Source: an uncultured Methanosarcinaceae archaeon
GTDB taxonomy: Archaea; Halobacteriota; Methanosarcinia; Methanosarcinales; Methanosarcinaceae
Direction: 5' to 3'
DNA: 64,000 nt
Assembly (NCBI GenBank): GCA_963833425.1
Contig: CAWHXP010000003.1
Location: forward strand, 448,001-512,000
Below, piece after piece: positions 46,052-57,202 of the stretch; the stretch's first letter is position 1, and each line of letters opens with the position of its first letter. A model generated the notes under the pieces. That model was not told the origin of the DNA, ran no database searches, and worked only from the letters and a program-made list of their open reading frames with translations. The position numbers and the translations under genes are program-made.

Positions 46052-47035
46052 ATGGTGTTATACATGATGGACCCGCAAATCGAGCGAAAACTCATTGAAA
46101 TTATGAGGGTTATTAATGAAAATGACAAACCTATAGGTGCCAGAGCCATAGCTGACGAACTAAACGATAGGGGGTATGATATCGGAGAGCGTGCCGTCCG
46201 ATATCATCTAAGGATTCTGGATGAGAGAGGATTCACACGCAAACACGGATATGCAGGGCGTACACTTACTGAACTGGGAGAAAGTGAAATGAGTGATGCT
46301 CTCATTGGAGATCGCTTTGGTTTTGTGATATCTCAGATAGAAGAAATGGCATTTAGAACTACCATTAATCCAAAGACCGGTGATGGGGTAGTACCAGTAA
46401 ATATCTCTTACTTTGCTAAAGAGGATTTGGAAACCGTTATTGATGTGATTTCTTATATCGCACATTCAGGGTACATGATAAGTTCGAAAGTAAGAATTTT
46501 TGAAGAAGACGAAGATTTAATTATTCTGCCTCCGGGAAAAGTCGGAATAGCTACAGTATGCAGTGTTACTTTTGATGGACTTCTTCTTAAATCAGGCATT
46601 CCTGTAGAACCTTCCTACGGCGGAATTCTCCAGATAGAAAATCGAAAGCCTTCATACTTTTTGGATCTAATTTCTTATAGTGGAACTTCAATTGATCCAA
46701 TACAAATTTTTATGAAACGGAGACCCACTTCAGTTCTCGAAGTGATTGAAACGGGAGTAGGTAAAATTCTTGCAAATATTAGACAGATAAATGTATCGGC
46801 TTATGATAGAGTCATAGAAATTATTCAACAGGCCGAAAAAATGGGGTTAGGAGGCTTTTTCCCTCCGGGGGAGATTGATGGATATTTACTTGGGGCACCA
46901 ATTGAAATGGGAAAATTCGGAATTGCAATCGTAGGAGGAATTAATGGAATCTGCGCCCTTGAAGAGACAGGAATTAGAATCGAAACAAATCCAATTTCTA
47001 CAGTTTTGGAATATAAAACTATGTCAGAAATCTGA
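46052..47035 (+). CDS. nrpR: NrpR-family nitrogen regulator (wHTH + DUF128), NrpRI-like
   Basis: PIGARAIADEL..RGYDIGERAVRYHL..LDERGFT; TVCSVTFDG; SGTSIDP; GGIN. Confidence 0.88.
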   Translation: MVLYMMDPQIERKLIEIMRVINENDKPIGARAIADELNDRGYDIGERAVRYHLRILDERGFTRKHGYAGRTLTELGESEMSDALIGDRFGFVISQIEEMAFRTTINPKTGDGVVPVNISYFAKEDLETVIDVISYIAHSGYMISSKVRIFEEDEDLIILPPGKVGIATVCSVTFDGLLLKSGIPVEPSYGGILQIENRKPSYFLDLISYSGTSIDPIQIFMKRRPTSVLEVIETGVGKILANIRQINVSAYDRVIEIIQQAEKMGLGGFFPPGEIDGYLLGAPIEMGKFGIAIVGGINGICALEETGIRIETNPISTVLEYKTMSEI

Positions 47036-47282
47036 GGAGAACAGGTATTTAGATTATTGTAATATATGATAACGCCGATAGAGTTTTGTAGAGAACTGGA
47101 GATTTGATTTCTAGTTACGACAATCTACAGCTCTTTCATTTCTATATATTTAGGGATGAACATTTTCTCTTCAAAAATATGAGGTAGCTCCATATTTACC
47201 CTCTATATATCCGAAAAATTATTTTTTCCTACAGACAATGGAACCATATATGAAGCTTTTTTTCAGAATATTTAAAAATATA

Positions 47283-47369
47283 GAGGAGTTTGATAAACCT
47301 CTAAATTTCGTCATATGCCATAAAACGGTATAAATTGACCGTAAAAATCAGAGAGTCATCGAAATTTTC
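47283..47369 (+). repeat. MITE-like repeat family A copy
   Basis: GAGGAGTTTGATAAACCTCTAAATTTCGTC...GACCGTAAAAATCAGAGAGTCATCGAAATT. Confidence 0.7.
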
Positions 47370-48229
47370 TATATAATTGAAAAAGAGGTACTATTATTTA
47401 AGCAAAAGAACTTACATAAATATCTATAGGTATTAGAAGTATAGGGGGATAGAAGAAAAATTTTCAAAAAGCTTCACAATAGTAAGGATAAATATATTAT
47501 TTTTGTTTCGATTTGATCAATAATAAAAGGTGCGAACCGGAATAAAGGATAAAAAATGTAGCTAGTTTGGCTGCAAAAAATCAATTTTTGATATCTATTT
47601 TAGCACAATAGATGTTTGTGATCGCGGATTGATGGGAAAATAGAAAGCATGATAAATAGTCGATAGTTAAAAAAAGCCAATTGAAATTTGTTAAGTGAAT
47701 CTTAGAAAAGATAGATATATATTCTTTCCTCCAGTTGGATAGTTGGAGGAAATTAAAAGTTCTATTCTTTCACTTTCTATCTTGATCAATGATTCAAGGA
47801 TAAAACTTAAAATTAGTTGTTTCAAAATATTGTTGCATTTTAATACCAAGGTTCAAACGAGATATATATTCTGAGGAAAATGTTTAATTAGAAATAGAAT
47901 ATCTTCCAAATGGAAAAAGAAATTAGTGGAAAATAATAGAGATCAGGCAAGAAATCATAATTCAATTAATATGTTAGAATCGTCCAATTTTTGCAATTTT
48001 TCTGCCTCATCTATATGATTGAAATTTTTTAATATCTTCTGGGATCGCCAAAATTTACCATTAATTCCACGACCATTTGACTGCAATAAATCAAATATCC
48101 ATAAAATGATTAAAAACCTCATATTTTAAATAAAAAGGTACTTTGAATTATTATTTTTTCGAGATAAAAAGAGACGACCAAAAATAATAATGGAGCCGCA
48201 TCAAAAATGTAATAAAGGGAGAAATATAG

Positions 48230-48973
48230 ATGCTGAAAATAGAGGATCTGACTGTCGAAGTCAACGGAAAAATTTTACTTCATGACTTAAACCTCGAAGT
48301 CAAAAAAGGGTATACTAATGTGCTTTTTGGGCCAAACGGAGCTGGGAAAACAGCTTTGATGAGAACGATCATGGGCTTTAGTGAGTACAAGATTGTGAAA
48401 GGCCAGATTCTGTTCAATGAAGAAAAAATTAACGACTTACCAGTTGATGAACGAGCCAGTCGTGGACTCGGGATTATGATGCAGCGTCCTCCTGATATGT
48501 CCGGGATTAAATTGAAAGATCTTATAAGAGTAGCATCCAAGGGGATGAAAAATCCTGAAAAGCTTTCTGAAAAGCTTTCTATGAAGCTTTTTCTGGACCG
48601 AGATATAAATGTGGGTTTTTCAGGAGGAGAAATCAAACGTTCCGAACTTCTGCAGCTTGCAGCCCAGGATCCAAGTTTCTATCTCTTGGATGAACCTGAA
48701 TCTGGAGTTGACATTGTAAGCATAGAACAGGTTGGCATGACAATAAAAAGCCTACTTGAAGAAGGTCTAAACTGCCCAGGTGAAAGTTGTGAGATGGGAA
48801 AATCTGCTCTTATTATTACTCACACTGGTCAGATACTGAATTATGTAAAAGCAGATAGAGGATATATCCTCTGCAACGGGACAGTTATGTGTTCCGGAAA
48901 TCCTCTCAAAATGCTGGAAGAGATCAAAAATAAAGGGTATGAGGAGTGTATAAAATGCAGACTGATGATGTGA
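48230..48973 (+). CDS. sufC: Fe-S assembly ABC ATPase SufC (SmsC type)
   Basis: GPNGAGKT, FSGGEIKR, LDEPESGVD, ITHTG, C-terminal CxxC. Confidence 0.93.
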   Translation: MLKIEDLTVEVNGKILLHDLNLEVKKGYTNVLFGPNGAGKTALMRTIMGFSEYKIVKGQILFNEEKINDLPVDERASRGLGIMMQRPPDMSGIKLKDLIRVASKGMKNPEKLSEKLSMKLFLDRDINVGFSGGEIKRSELLQLAAQDPSFYLLDEPESGVDIVSIEQVGMTIKSLLEEGLNCPGESCEMGKSALIITHTGQILNYVKADRGYILCNGTVMCSGNPLKMLEEIKNKGYEECIKCRLMM

Positions 48974-50178
48974 ACCTGAAAAAGAGAGCTGAGAGCTCAG
49001 CCAATAAAAAAGCTGTTTATGGCGAGGACTTTGAGCTGGAAAAATTTGGGGAGGGTTCCAAGGTCAGCAAACCTATTGAAAACCTCCAGACACTTGACGA
49101 GGAAAGCAAAAAAACTATGCTACAAGTAGGGGTAATACCAAACGAAGAAGGAAGGTCTGGAAGTTTCCTTATGTTGGACAACGCGATCTCCCACTCTTCC
49201 CTTAGCGATAAAAATGTGGAACTTATGTCCACTCACAAAGCCATGGAAAAATACGAGTGGTTGAAAGATTACTCCTGGAAACTCGTGCAGGTGGACACTG
49301 ACAAATACACTGCAAAAACCTATCTCGAAGATGCTGACGGCTATTTTGTTCGTGTCCCTGCTGGCAAGAAGTCCTCTATGCCAGTTCAGACCTGTCTTAT
49401 GCTGGGCAGCAAAAAGATATCTCAGACAGTGCATAATATTATAATCGTTGAGGAAGAAGCTAGTCTTGATATTATCACAGGTTGTACCTCCAAAAAAGGA
49501 GTAGAAGAAGGACTACATCTTGGAATTTCCGAGATGTATGTGAAAAAAGGAGCTACTCTGAGTTTTACAATGATTCACAACTGGGCCGAGCAAATAGGAG
49601 TCCGTCCCAGAACAGTCGTTCATGTGGAGGAAGGAGGAACTTATATAAGCAATTACATTTGTCTCAAGCCCGTTCGTTCTGTGCAGACCTATCCAACTGT
49701 CAGACTGGAAGGAAAAGGAGCTGTAGCCAGGCTCAATACCATAGCAATTGCTCATTCAGGTTCCGAGCTTGATCTTGGAAGCAGGGCGATTTTCAATGCT
49801 CCTGAAACCAAAGCTGAACTTGTTTCAAGGACGATTACGATCGGCGGAAGAATAGTTGCACGTGGTGAGATGATAGGCAATGCAAATGGCGCTAAAGGCC
49901 ATCTGGAATGCAAGGGACTCGTTCTTGCTGACAAAGGAAGCCAACTGGCAATCCCGATCCTTGAAGCAAATGTAGCTGATATCGAGCTTACTCACGAGGC
50001 AGCAGTAGGAAAAATTGCTAAAGATCAGGTGGAGTACCTGATGGCTAGGGGAATACCCGAAGAAGAAGCAGTTGGTATGATAGTTCGCGGATTCCTGGAT
50101 GTTGGAATTCGGGGAATACCCGATGAGCTGAAATTTAAAATTGAAAATACAATTTCTCAGACAACTTTCGGAATATGA
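48955..50178 (+). CDS. sufB: Fe-S assembly scaffold SufB/SufD family (SmsB type)
   Basis: GHLECKGL, ELTHEAAVGKI..QVEYLMARG, IVRGFL. Confidence 0.93.
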   Translation: MQTDDVNLKKRAESSANKKAVYGEDFELEKFGEGSKVSKPIENLQTLDEESKKTMLQVGVIPNEEGRSGSFLMLDNAISHSSLSDKNVELMSTHKAMEKYEWLKDYSWKLVQVDTDKYTAKTYLEDADGYFVRVPAGKKSSMPVQTCLMLGSKKISQTVHNIIIVEEEASLDIITGCTSKKGVEEGLHLGISEMYVKKGATLSFTMIHNWAEQIGVRPRTVVHVEEGGTYISNYICLKPVRSVQTYPTVRLEGKGAVARLNTIAIAHSGSELDLGSRAIFNAPETKAELVSRTITIGGRIVARGEMIGNANGAKGHLECKGLVLADKGSQLAIPILEANVADIELTHEAAVGKIAKDQVEYLMARGIPEEEAVGMIVRGFLDVGIRGIPDELKFKIENTISQTTFGI

Positions 50179-50379
50179 ATTTCAAAATTGAAAGGTTCGA
50201 AAGAGCTAATTTCAGCATTCTGGAAAATAGTGCTCCATAATGAGATAGATATATTATTAATGGAAAAAAGATGAACAAAACCAAAGTTCATTATTTTTCT
50301 GCTTTAATCAAGTTTTTGTCCAATCCAGAATGAGAATTTGGTGATATTTATGAAAATGGAAATCTAGTGATTAATGGCA

Positions 50380-50815
50380 AATATCAAATTTACCTCTGAT
50401 TTTTTGCAGAAATTCTGCTCAAATCTTCACCACTGATTTCTACATTCGACTTTTTTTCTAGTAAATTATTCTTTGATTTTAAAGATAGCTTCCACTATCC
50501 TTAAAATACTCCTTCTATTTCCAGTGCTACAATGACTAGAGATTCTAACAAAAAACTGCACATAATATCTTTAGATTCGTTTTTAAATGAACAGATTTGG
50601 ACACTGTCAGGTACGTATTCAATAAAATCAAGAAATTTCCTGAAAGAAATTCGATTAATACATTGTTTTTCAAGTTCAAAGTCGGAAAAATCATGCAATC
50701 GCTGTAAAAAGCATTTTAAGCATAAAGACGACATCAGTTTCAGCTGGTCTTCTTCATTTTCGAGACAGCTTACCTGTAAAAAAATTCTATTAGTGTATGA
50801 GGTTCATAAATGATT
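50380..50815 (-). mobile_element. Internally deleted IS5-family derivative
   Basis: LQRLHDFSDFELEKQCINRISFRKFL..YVPDS; right end resembles 28915-29049. Confidence 0.7.
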
Positions 50816-51629
50816 CGTTAAAATTAGATATTCATCAAATCCTCAAGTATTGCATAAGGGTTGAATATTCCTTGCCTAACCTGTTTGTTGTAATAACATC
50901 AAATTTTAGCTTAGAGCTTTCAATATATTCAAAGACTAGAATTAATATTTCCATAAAATTCTGTTTTTTGATTTTAATTCCCTTATCTATTTGGTGCCTC
51001 CACTCCATAATGTGGAATAACATGAAAGCCAACAGAATTTTCGTGAACCTTAATTTCAAATAAGTTGAAATGATTTTTATGCTTTGTTATCTTTGACTAT
51101 ATATCTTTTGTCGCAAATTCAAGAGAATTAGTCAAAGATATTGCAGAACGAAATCAAAAAATCAAAAACTTTTTGCGACATGTAGTTAGCTTCGTTAGTT
51201 AAAGTTATTAAATTAACTATACTACATAATTCAGAGATAAAGAAAGTAAATTGGTTTTGCCTTTACCAGAAGTGAAGTAATTTTTCGTTGCCATAATCAA
51301 CTACTTCATTACTTTAAATAATTTTTGTTATATTTTTTGATTTGTAGAAATTGTTTCGAAACTGAAAAAAAAAATTACAAATTAAGGGATGTATTGTTCT
51401 TTTATTCTGAAAAACTCGGCTATTGATAGTAATTAGCGGAGAATTATATATTTTAAAATATAACTCTAAAAAAATACATATCTAACTTATTTTCATTCTT
51501 TTATAAAAAGTTATAACCAAATAATATGGCAAGTCGGCCATATTTTAAGAAAAAAATTATAAATTAATGAAAAGAGAATCTAAGATTCGTTCATGTTATA
51601 TACAGCTACAACATATAGAATAAGTTAAT

Positions 51630-51718
51630 GATTAAGAGTTAAGAAGTTTTTATCTCTTAATCGCAGGGTTGAATCACACATTGGGAGCCGATTCAGAGGT
51701 GGCCCCCAGGCTCCCAAT
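51630..51718. ncRNA. Candidate structured RNA (hairpin + possible pseudoknot)
   Basis: ATTGGGAGCC/GGCTCCCAAT 10-bp stem; TGAATC/GATTCA cross-pairing; adjacent GATTAAGAG/CTCTTAATC hairpin. Confidence 0.4.
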
Positions 51719-52337
51719 TACAACAAAAATTCCAACAGCTTTCATATTGTCGAGCCAGTAAATCATTCCAAATTTTCGACGGATTAAAATTTACCTGCTC
51801 GCTATTCTTGGTAAGATTCTCGTCCGTCACTAGCATATATAGTTTCGTCATACATGATAGCAATAAACTCTGAAAAAGTAAAGAAAGTTTGGAATCAAAT
51901 TTAATTTGAAGGCCTTAAATGAAATATAGTTTGGCGGGAAAAACCTGTGTTAATAATACTTATTTGATTAACGCAATATTTGAACAAGAGATCTGTAAGC
52001 TTTACAAGATGGCTTGCCTTGTAAGCGAAAAATGAGACAAATATATGGATAAACGATGTTAGTGAAATTGCAATAATTGATGTTCAAGGCTTTGAGGAAA
52101 CTAGTGTTCCTAAACTAGAAGGATTAGAGTACTAAGAAAATCTTTTTTCCCATTGATAATCTCATCTTCAAGGAGTTCTAATGTCTCTTCCTCACTCATT
52201 TTAACTAATTTGAGTTGATACAAATAGCGTATATCAATGACTTTGTTATTAATCTAGAATTTCTTAGATAGCTCATTATTTTCTTTAATTGATTTCTGTA
52301 TTTTACCTCATTTTTTCTTTCTTGCTCATTGTTATTT

Positions 52338-52425
52338 GAGGATTTTGATAAATTCCTTAATTTCGTCGTATGTTTATGGATGGTAGATTGGTGACTCGTG
52401 AAAATAAGAAGTGTATCGAAATCCT
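52338..52425 (+). repeat. MITE-like repeat family A copy
   Basis: GAGGATTTTGATAAA...GACTCGTGAAAATAAGAAGTGTATCGAAATCCT inverted termini. Confidence 0.75.
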
Positions 52426-52428
52426 TTT

Positions 52429-53556
52429 TCATTTAAAATCACTATTTTTGTATCTAGAAAAATCCCTGTTTTCTTCAAACCATCTGCAGTATTCATCAGG
52501 GCATTGTGTCTCAGGGCACCCATGTATATACTCCAAGACATCGCTCATTTTTGCACTGGCCATTGATACTGATACATCCGCACTTCCATAATAAATACGG
52601 ATTTCATCATCTACTAAAACCCAGCCGCAAGGGAAAACAACATCATTAACGTCTCCACTACGTTCATACATCTCACGAGGCCCGAAAATCCATCCTTCCG
52701 ATCTATGAAGTACTTTTCTGGGATTTTCAAGATCAAGAAGAGCCAACCCAAGTCGATAACTTGCCTTAGATGTAGTCTGGCGGACCCCATGGTACATAAT
52801 TAACCATCCGTCAGATGTGCGGATTGGTTGCGGAGACAGGCCTATCTTGTTGGCATCCCACCATCCACCTTCCCGAGCATACAGAAGAACCTCGTGTTCT
52901 CCCCAGTACTTCATATCTTGAGAAAAGGATATCCATATATTTGCCTTCGAACCAGTCATACGAGATACAGGCCGATGTAACATTGCCCACATGCCATCAA
53001 ATCTCACAGGAAAAACAGCGGCATCTTTATTTTCAGGAGGCAGGGTAGCTCCCACTCTATCAAAATTACGAAAATCTTCTGTAAAGGCAAGAGCTGGTAG
53101 GGGACCTGAATCCGAAAAAGCCGTATATGCTACAGCCCATTTTCCCATCTCATCAATGTAAGTTATACGCGCATCTTCAATTCCGTATATCTCTTCAGGG
53201 TAGTTTATAGGATCTGGGGCAAAGGTTGGTTGGCTGTCAATCTCCCAACCGTCAATTCCATTCTTGCTCCTTGCCACCGTAAAATGAGAAAAGCCCCTGT
53301 GATCTTCGACGCGCACAAGTAATAGAGTAATACCATTAACTATAGCTGCTGCAGGGTTAAATACTGAGTGGGCCCGATATGGCCAATCTTCAGCGGTAAG
53401 TATAGGATTTTTCTTATACCTATGGAACAACTCTCCGGGGGCTTTCAATATAATGTTACCTTCATCTGAGTGTGCCCGGTATGGCACATCTTCAAAGGTA
53501 AGTGTAGGATTGGCCTCACATCTCTGTAACAATTCTCCATGACCTTCCAATATCAT
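52429..53556 (-). CDS. Glycoside hydrolase family 130 (beta-mannoside phosphorylase-like)
   Basis: VFNPAA, YGIEDARIT, NKDAAVFP, LHRP, YHGV, VVFPCG, YYGSAD. Confidence 0.9.
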   Translation of the reverse strand: MILEGHGELLQRCEANPTLTFEDVPYRAHSDEGNIILKAPGELFHRYKKNPILTAEDWPYRAHSVFNPAAAIVNGITLLLVRVEDHRGFSHFTVARSKNGIDGWEIDSQPTFAPDPINYPEEIYGIEDARITYIDEMGKWAVAYTAFSDSGPLPALAFTEDFRNFDRVGATLPPENKDAAVFPVRFDGMWAMLHRPVSRMTGSKANIWISFSQDMKYWGEHEVLLYAREGGWWDANKIGLSPQPIRTSDGWLIMYHGVRQTTSKASYRLGLALLDLENPRKVLHRSEGWIFGPREMYERSGDVNDVVFPCGWVLVDDEIRIYYGSADVSVSMASAKMSDVLEYIHGCPETQCPDEYCRWFEENRDFSRYKNSDFK

Positions 53557-54958
53557 GTTATCTTCCTCATTCTGTTTGATTTGCTAATCATAATTCTTTG
53601 TTATCTGCAGAGCCCGAGCATCTACTTTAGTACTTTATCTGGATTGTAGTAATATACTGAATATTCTAGTTTCATATTTAAAGAACTCAAGACATGAATT
53701 AACAAATTACGGGTTCAATATCACATTATAGTTAATGCTGTAGCTGCTGAACTCGCCGTAGACGGCACTTAATATAATAAAACATCCTTAATATTTAAGC
53801 ATTGTTAAATTTGGATATATACTATGTAGAAGTACCTTCGTTAAGAAGCAATAGTTATGTGATTAATTTAAAATAATTATTTAAATTATTAAACAAAATT
53901 TATCTAATTGAATTCACCCAGTAGAACCATATGGTCTAAATCATATGTGGTGGATAAAGAATGAAAATGAGATTGATAGTTTATTTATTTCCACTTCCCA
54001 CATATGCACACAAAAGACAGATTTTACACAATCCGTGAAATTCGACAATTGCACATGCATGGTGTCCATGCTCAAATGTCCATACGTGCGTCCTTGTAAG
54101 TAATGTTGTTCGATGCCTGTAGGGCTCAGGTCCTCATTCAGCTAGATCCTAAACTATCGTGGTATCAGCCAACTTTGCCATATTAGAGCTTCTATCTATC
54201 ATTGGCTTGCCTATTTTTCGCAAAAAATAGAATAGCTCTAAATTTGTGGAGAGAATTTTTCTGGAATAACTAGCTTAGTATCTATATGATCGATCACCAG
54301 AGTGCTGGCAGCAAGAACAACATCATAGATGAAATGCAGCGTCGCATACACATTTTTTTTGGTCAAGCACGTGGAGACCCCAAGTAAGTTAAAAAAACTT
54401 TTGATCAGTGGGTAATAAGATGGTGAACGAGTGAGTGCTGCTACTAAACTTTCTAAATATTCTATAAATAATTCATGAAATCAGAGGTCTATCGAAATCC
54501 TCCATAATATTAGGATTTACGCACTTAATGTATACGTATGGCCATGTTCTCCTTCTATCGCCATGATCAGTATCGGTGTGAATTGCGACGATTTGGGCAT
54601 GCTGCTTGCAAGGATGAAAACTGGCCATAAGAGACAACAAGAGTATTCAACCGGCATTCTGCATTTAGTATTGTTGCATCCAAGATATCTGAAGAATATT
54701 CATTGATCATCGGTTGAAGTTTAAAAGATTATTTTCGCCATTTATATTATATTATTAAAAAAATTAAATTTGCTAGGTAGTATACCAGTCGCTTCTTAAT
54801 CTTGAAAACAAGATCTGATATATTTATCTGAAATGTAGTTTGTGTCCATAATCAACGTACAATTGCAATTTAAAATATCTAATAATATAAAGTAAATACT
54901 TAAATAAGTAACAGCAGCTTATACCTCCTAGCCAGATTACTTTATCAGATTTATAGTT

Positions 54959-55067
54959 TAGGACTTTATGCACGTGAGGTGCAAATTTGAGTGCAATAAA
55001 CATCGTGGTTTAAATTTGCATCTAGGTTTATTGTAATTGATTTTTCAATTCAACAGCGTAAGTCCTA
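54959..55067. repeat. MITE-like repeat family B copy
   Basis: TAGGACTTTATGCA ... GCGTAAGTCCTA inverted termini. Confidence 0.7.
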
Positions 55068-55270
55068 AATTTATATCCATTACTTTGTTAGATATTTCAG
55101 TCACCTGAAGAAAAACGCGATAATTGCAAGTATAATAAAGATTATTAAGAGCCACATCGTAATCTCCATAGAAAAATCTACAATTATCTGTAGCTTAGTG
55201 TATAAGCAATAAATGATATATCAACAGAGATACTGAAACTCCTATCAAATCAACCAAGTTTATCCCCCAC

Positions 55271-55684
55271 TCAGTGATATTCTTCCGAAAATTCCATTTG
55301 CTCAAAACCCCCTGTCTGCCAGTAAGGTTGATATCCGTAGTAAGTATACACTCTGAATAACTCTTCATAAGTTAATGGCAACTTATCTTTATCGAAACCA
55401 TCTGCTTTTTTGAGGACCTCTTTATCAACATTTAGAGTGATTATCAAAGTGTGCTCATAAAGCTTCAATTTAAAAGCCCGCCAAGGAACAGCAAACAGTT
55501 TATTGCCCATACCAAGGAATCCACCAAAAGAAAGTACTGCATATGCTATTCTATCATTTTCCAAATCAATCATTAGGTCCTCAATATTCCCTAAATCTTC
55601 CCCAGATTTATTGATAACTTTATGATCTTTTAGCGTATTTGCTGGCACAAAGTGTGAATTCTCTTGACTTTCTTGACTTTCCAT
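55271..55684 (-). CDS. PRC-barrel domain protein
   Basis: V.N..GEDLG.IEDLMID....RIAYAVLSFGGFLGMG.KLFAVPW. Confidence 0.92.
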   Translation of the reverse strand: MESQESQENSHFVPANTLKDHKVINKSGEDLGNIEDLMIDLENDRIAYAVLSFGGFLGMGNKLFAVPWRAFKLKLYEHTLIITLNVDKEVLKKADGFDKDKLPLTYEELFRVYTYYGYQPYWQTGGFEQMEFSEEYH

Positions 55685-55789
55685 ATTTCCAATTCCTCAA
55701 TTTTTAAAAGATATCATTTTGAAGCTCATGGTCTCACTACAACTTCAAAATCATTTTTCTGATTGTTATTTCTTCTATGAAGTCACTTT

Positions 55790-55993
55790 TTAGATTCGGC
55801 TTTTAATTTTTCCGGACTGTTTTTTTAATTTATGGTGGACTGCTCCATACTCACTGTTGTCGTAGAAATTCCAAAACCATTGACAGTTCGGGTAGTACTG
55901 GCCATTGTAGTAGTGGTCATTAGCATGGTGGTCACGGTAATGACTGCCTTCATGTACTTGTACGTGTCCTGCTATCTCTATGCGTTTGCTCAT
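55790..55993 (-). CDS. Small His/Tyr-rich hypothetical protein
   Basis: 67-aa ORF co-oriented upstream of the PRC-barrel gene; no recognisable family. Confidence 0.4.
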   Translation of the reverse strand: MSKRIEIAGHVQVHEGSHYRDHHANDHYYNGQYYPNCQWFWNFYDNSEYGAVHHKLKKQSGKIKSRI

Positions 55994-56655
55994 TTAGATA
56001 AAATTTTTAGACCATTTGGTTGTTGACCGTTTGCTTGCTATTAAGTAAATTTTCCTTCGACAGATCTACTACGTAAATATTGTATAACCAATTAACAGTT
56101 ATAGATGGGTTATCTGGCGTTAACATTATTTCTTAATTTAGAAGGTATATATCACAAAATATATAATCCAGTATATATCAAATGATTATAATATTTTCTA
56201 GTTTATTTCTAATTTTTGATACAAAAAATGCATATGAACAAATATTGTTTTCACATGTCAAATATACAATAAAGAACAACAATTAAATATTAAGTATTTA
56301 ATATGTCGTTATTTTAGATAGTTTTCATAATTAAGTATTAAGTATATCCCTAAAATTGAAGGAAAAGGATATGTAAACGGCATTATGGATATTTTGAGAA
56401 TAATATCAGTCAATTCTATAGAGACCAACTTAAATTGCTATATGCTCTAAAAAAATTAAACTTCCTGAAATTTAGTATAGATCTGATAGAAATTTTTGAT
56501 GAATTCTTTTCATAAATATAATGGGGAATTTCGATAAACAACCCAAAGGGCATGTATATGTCAAAATAAGTCAACATCATGAGGGGGATATAAGGGCGCT
56601 AAATTCTAATTCATTTACATAAAAAATATACGAGGGAACTTAGATAATTGGGGAT

Positions 56656-57181
56656 ATGGAAAGTATATATGCTTTAAATTATTAGTCAGTAGCACTCTAA
56701 AAGGAGATAATGGTTAGCGATAGATCTAGAGAAAGGAGATCTAGAAAAGATTGAAGAATTTATATTGGATTCGGAAAATTGAAGGATAGGATGTGTAGCG
56801 CTTTAGTTGGCGGATTTATGGTTGTGGGTAATAGAGATTGTTTGCTGTTCCTTGATAGGATCTTAAACTGAGGGTTATGAGCACATTTTATCTTGATATC
56901 AAGAAAGAAATCTTGAATTGAAGAAGTGAGAATTGATTCGGAAATAGGATGAATAGCATATGTGGTACTTTTTTTGGCGGTTTTCTTGGTATAGGTAATA
57001 AATTATTTACCATCCCATGAAAGCTCTTGAGTCTAATCGAGACTACTATATTCTTAGAGTTATCAAATCTGTCCTAGAGAAAACAAGCGGCTTTGATAAA
57101 GAAGAATGTTCTTCAACTCGCGATGAGTTAGCTAATGTGTACATGCATTATGGACTTCGAGCATATTGGGAAAATAAATAA
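56656..57181 (+). pseudogene. Tandem two-domain PRC-barrel gene remnant
   Basis: GDLEKIEEFILDSE, IAYVVL.FGGFLGIGNKLF, GFDKEE..TRDELANVYMHYGLRAYWENK; two imperfect direct DNA repeats; frameshifts. Confidence 0.75.
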
Positions 57182-57202
57182 AGCAGTACTTCGGTTGATA
57201 AC

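Noticed and set aside
48230..50178. Minimal two-gene SufC-SufB system as a novelty
   Set aside because: Already described as the SUF-like minimal (SmsCB) system of methanogens.
53950..54740. GC-richer patches that may be gene remnants
   Set aside because: No interpretable reading frame or motif.
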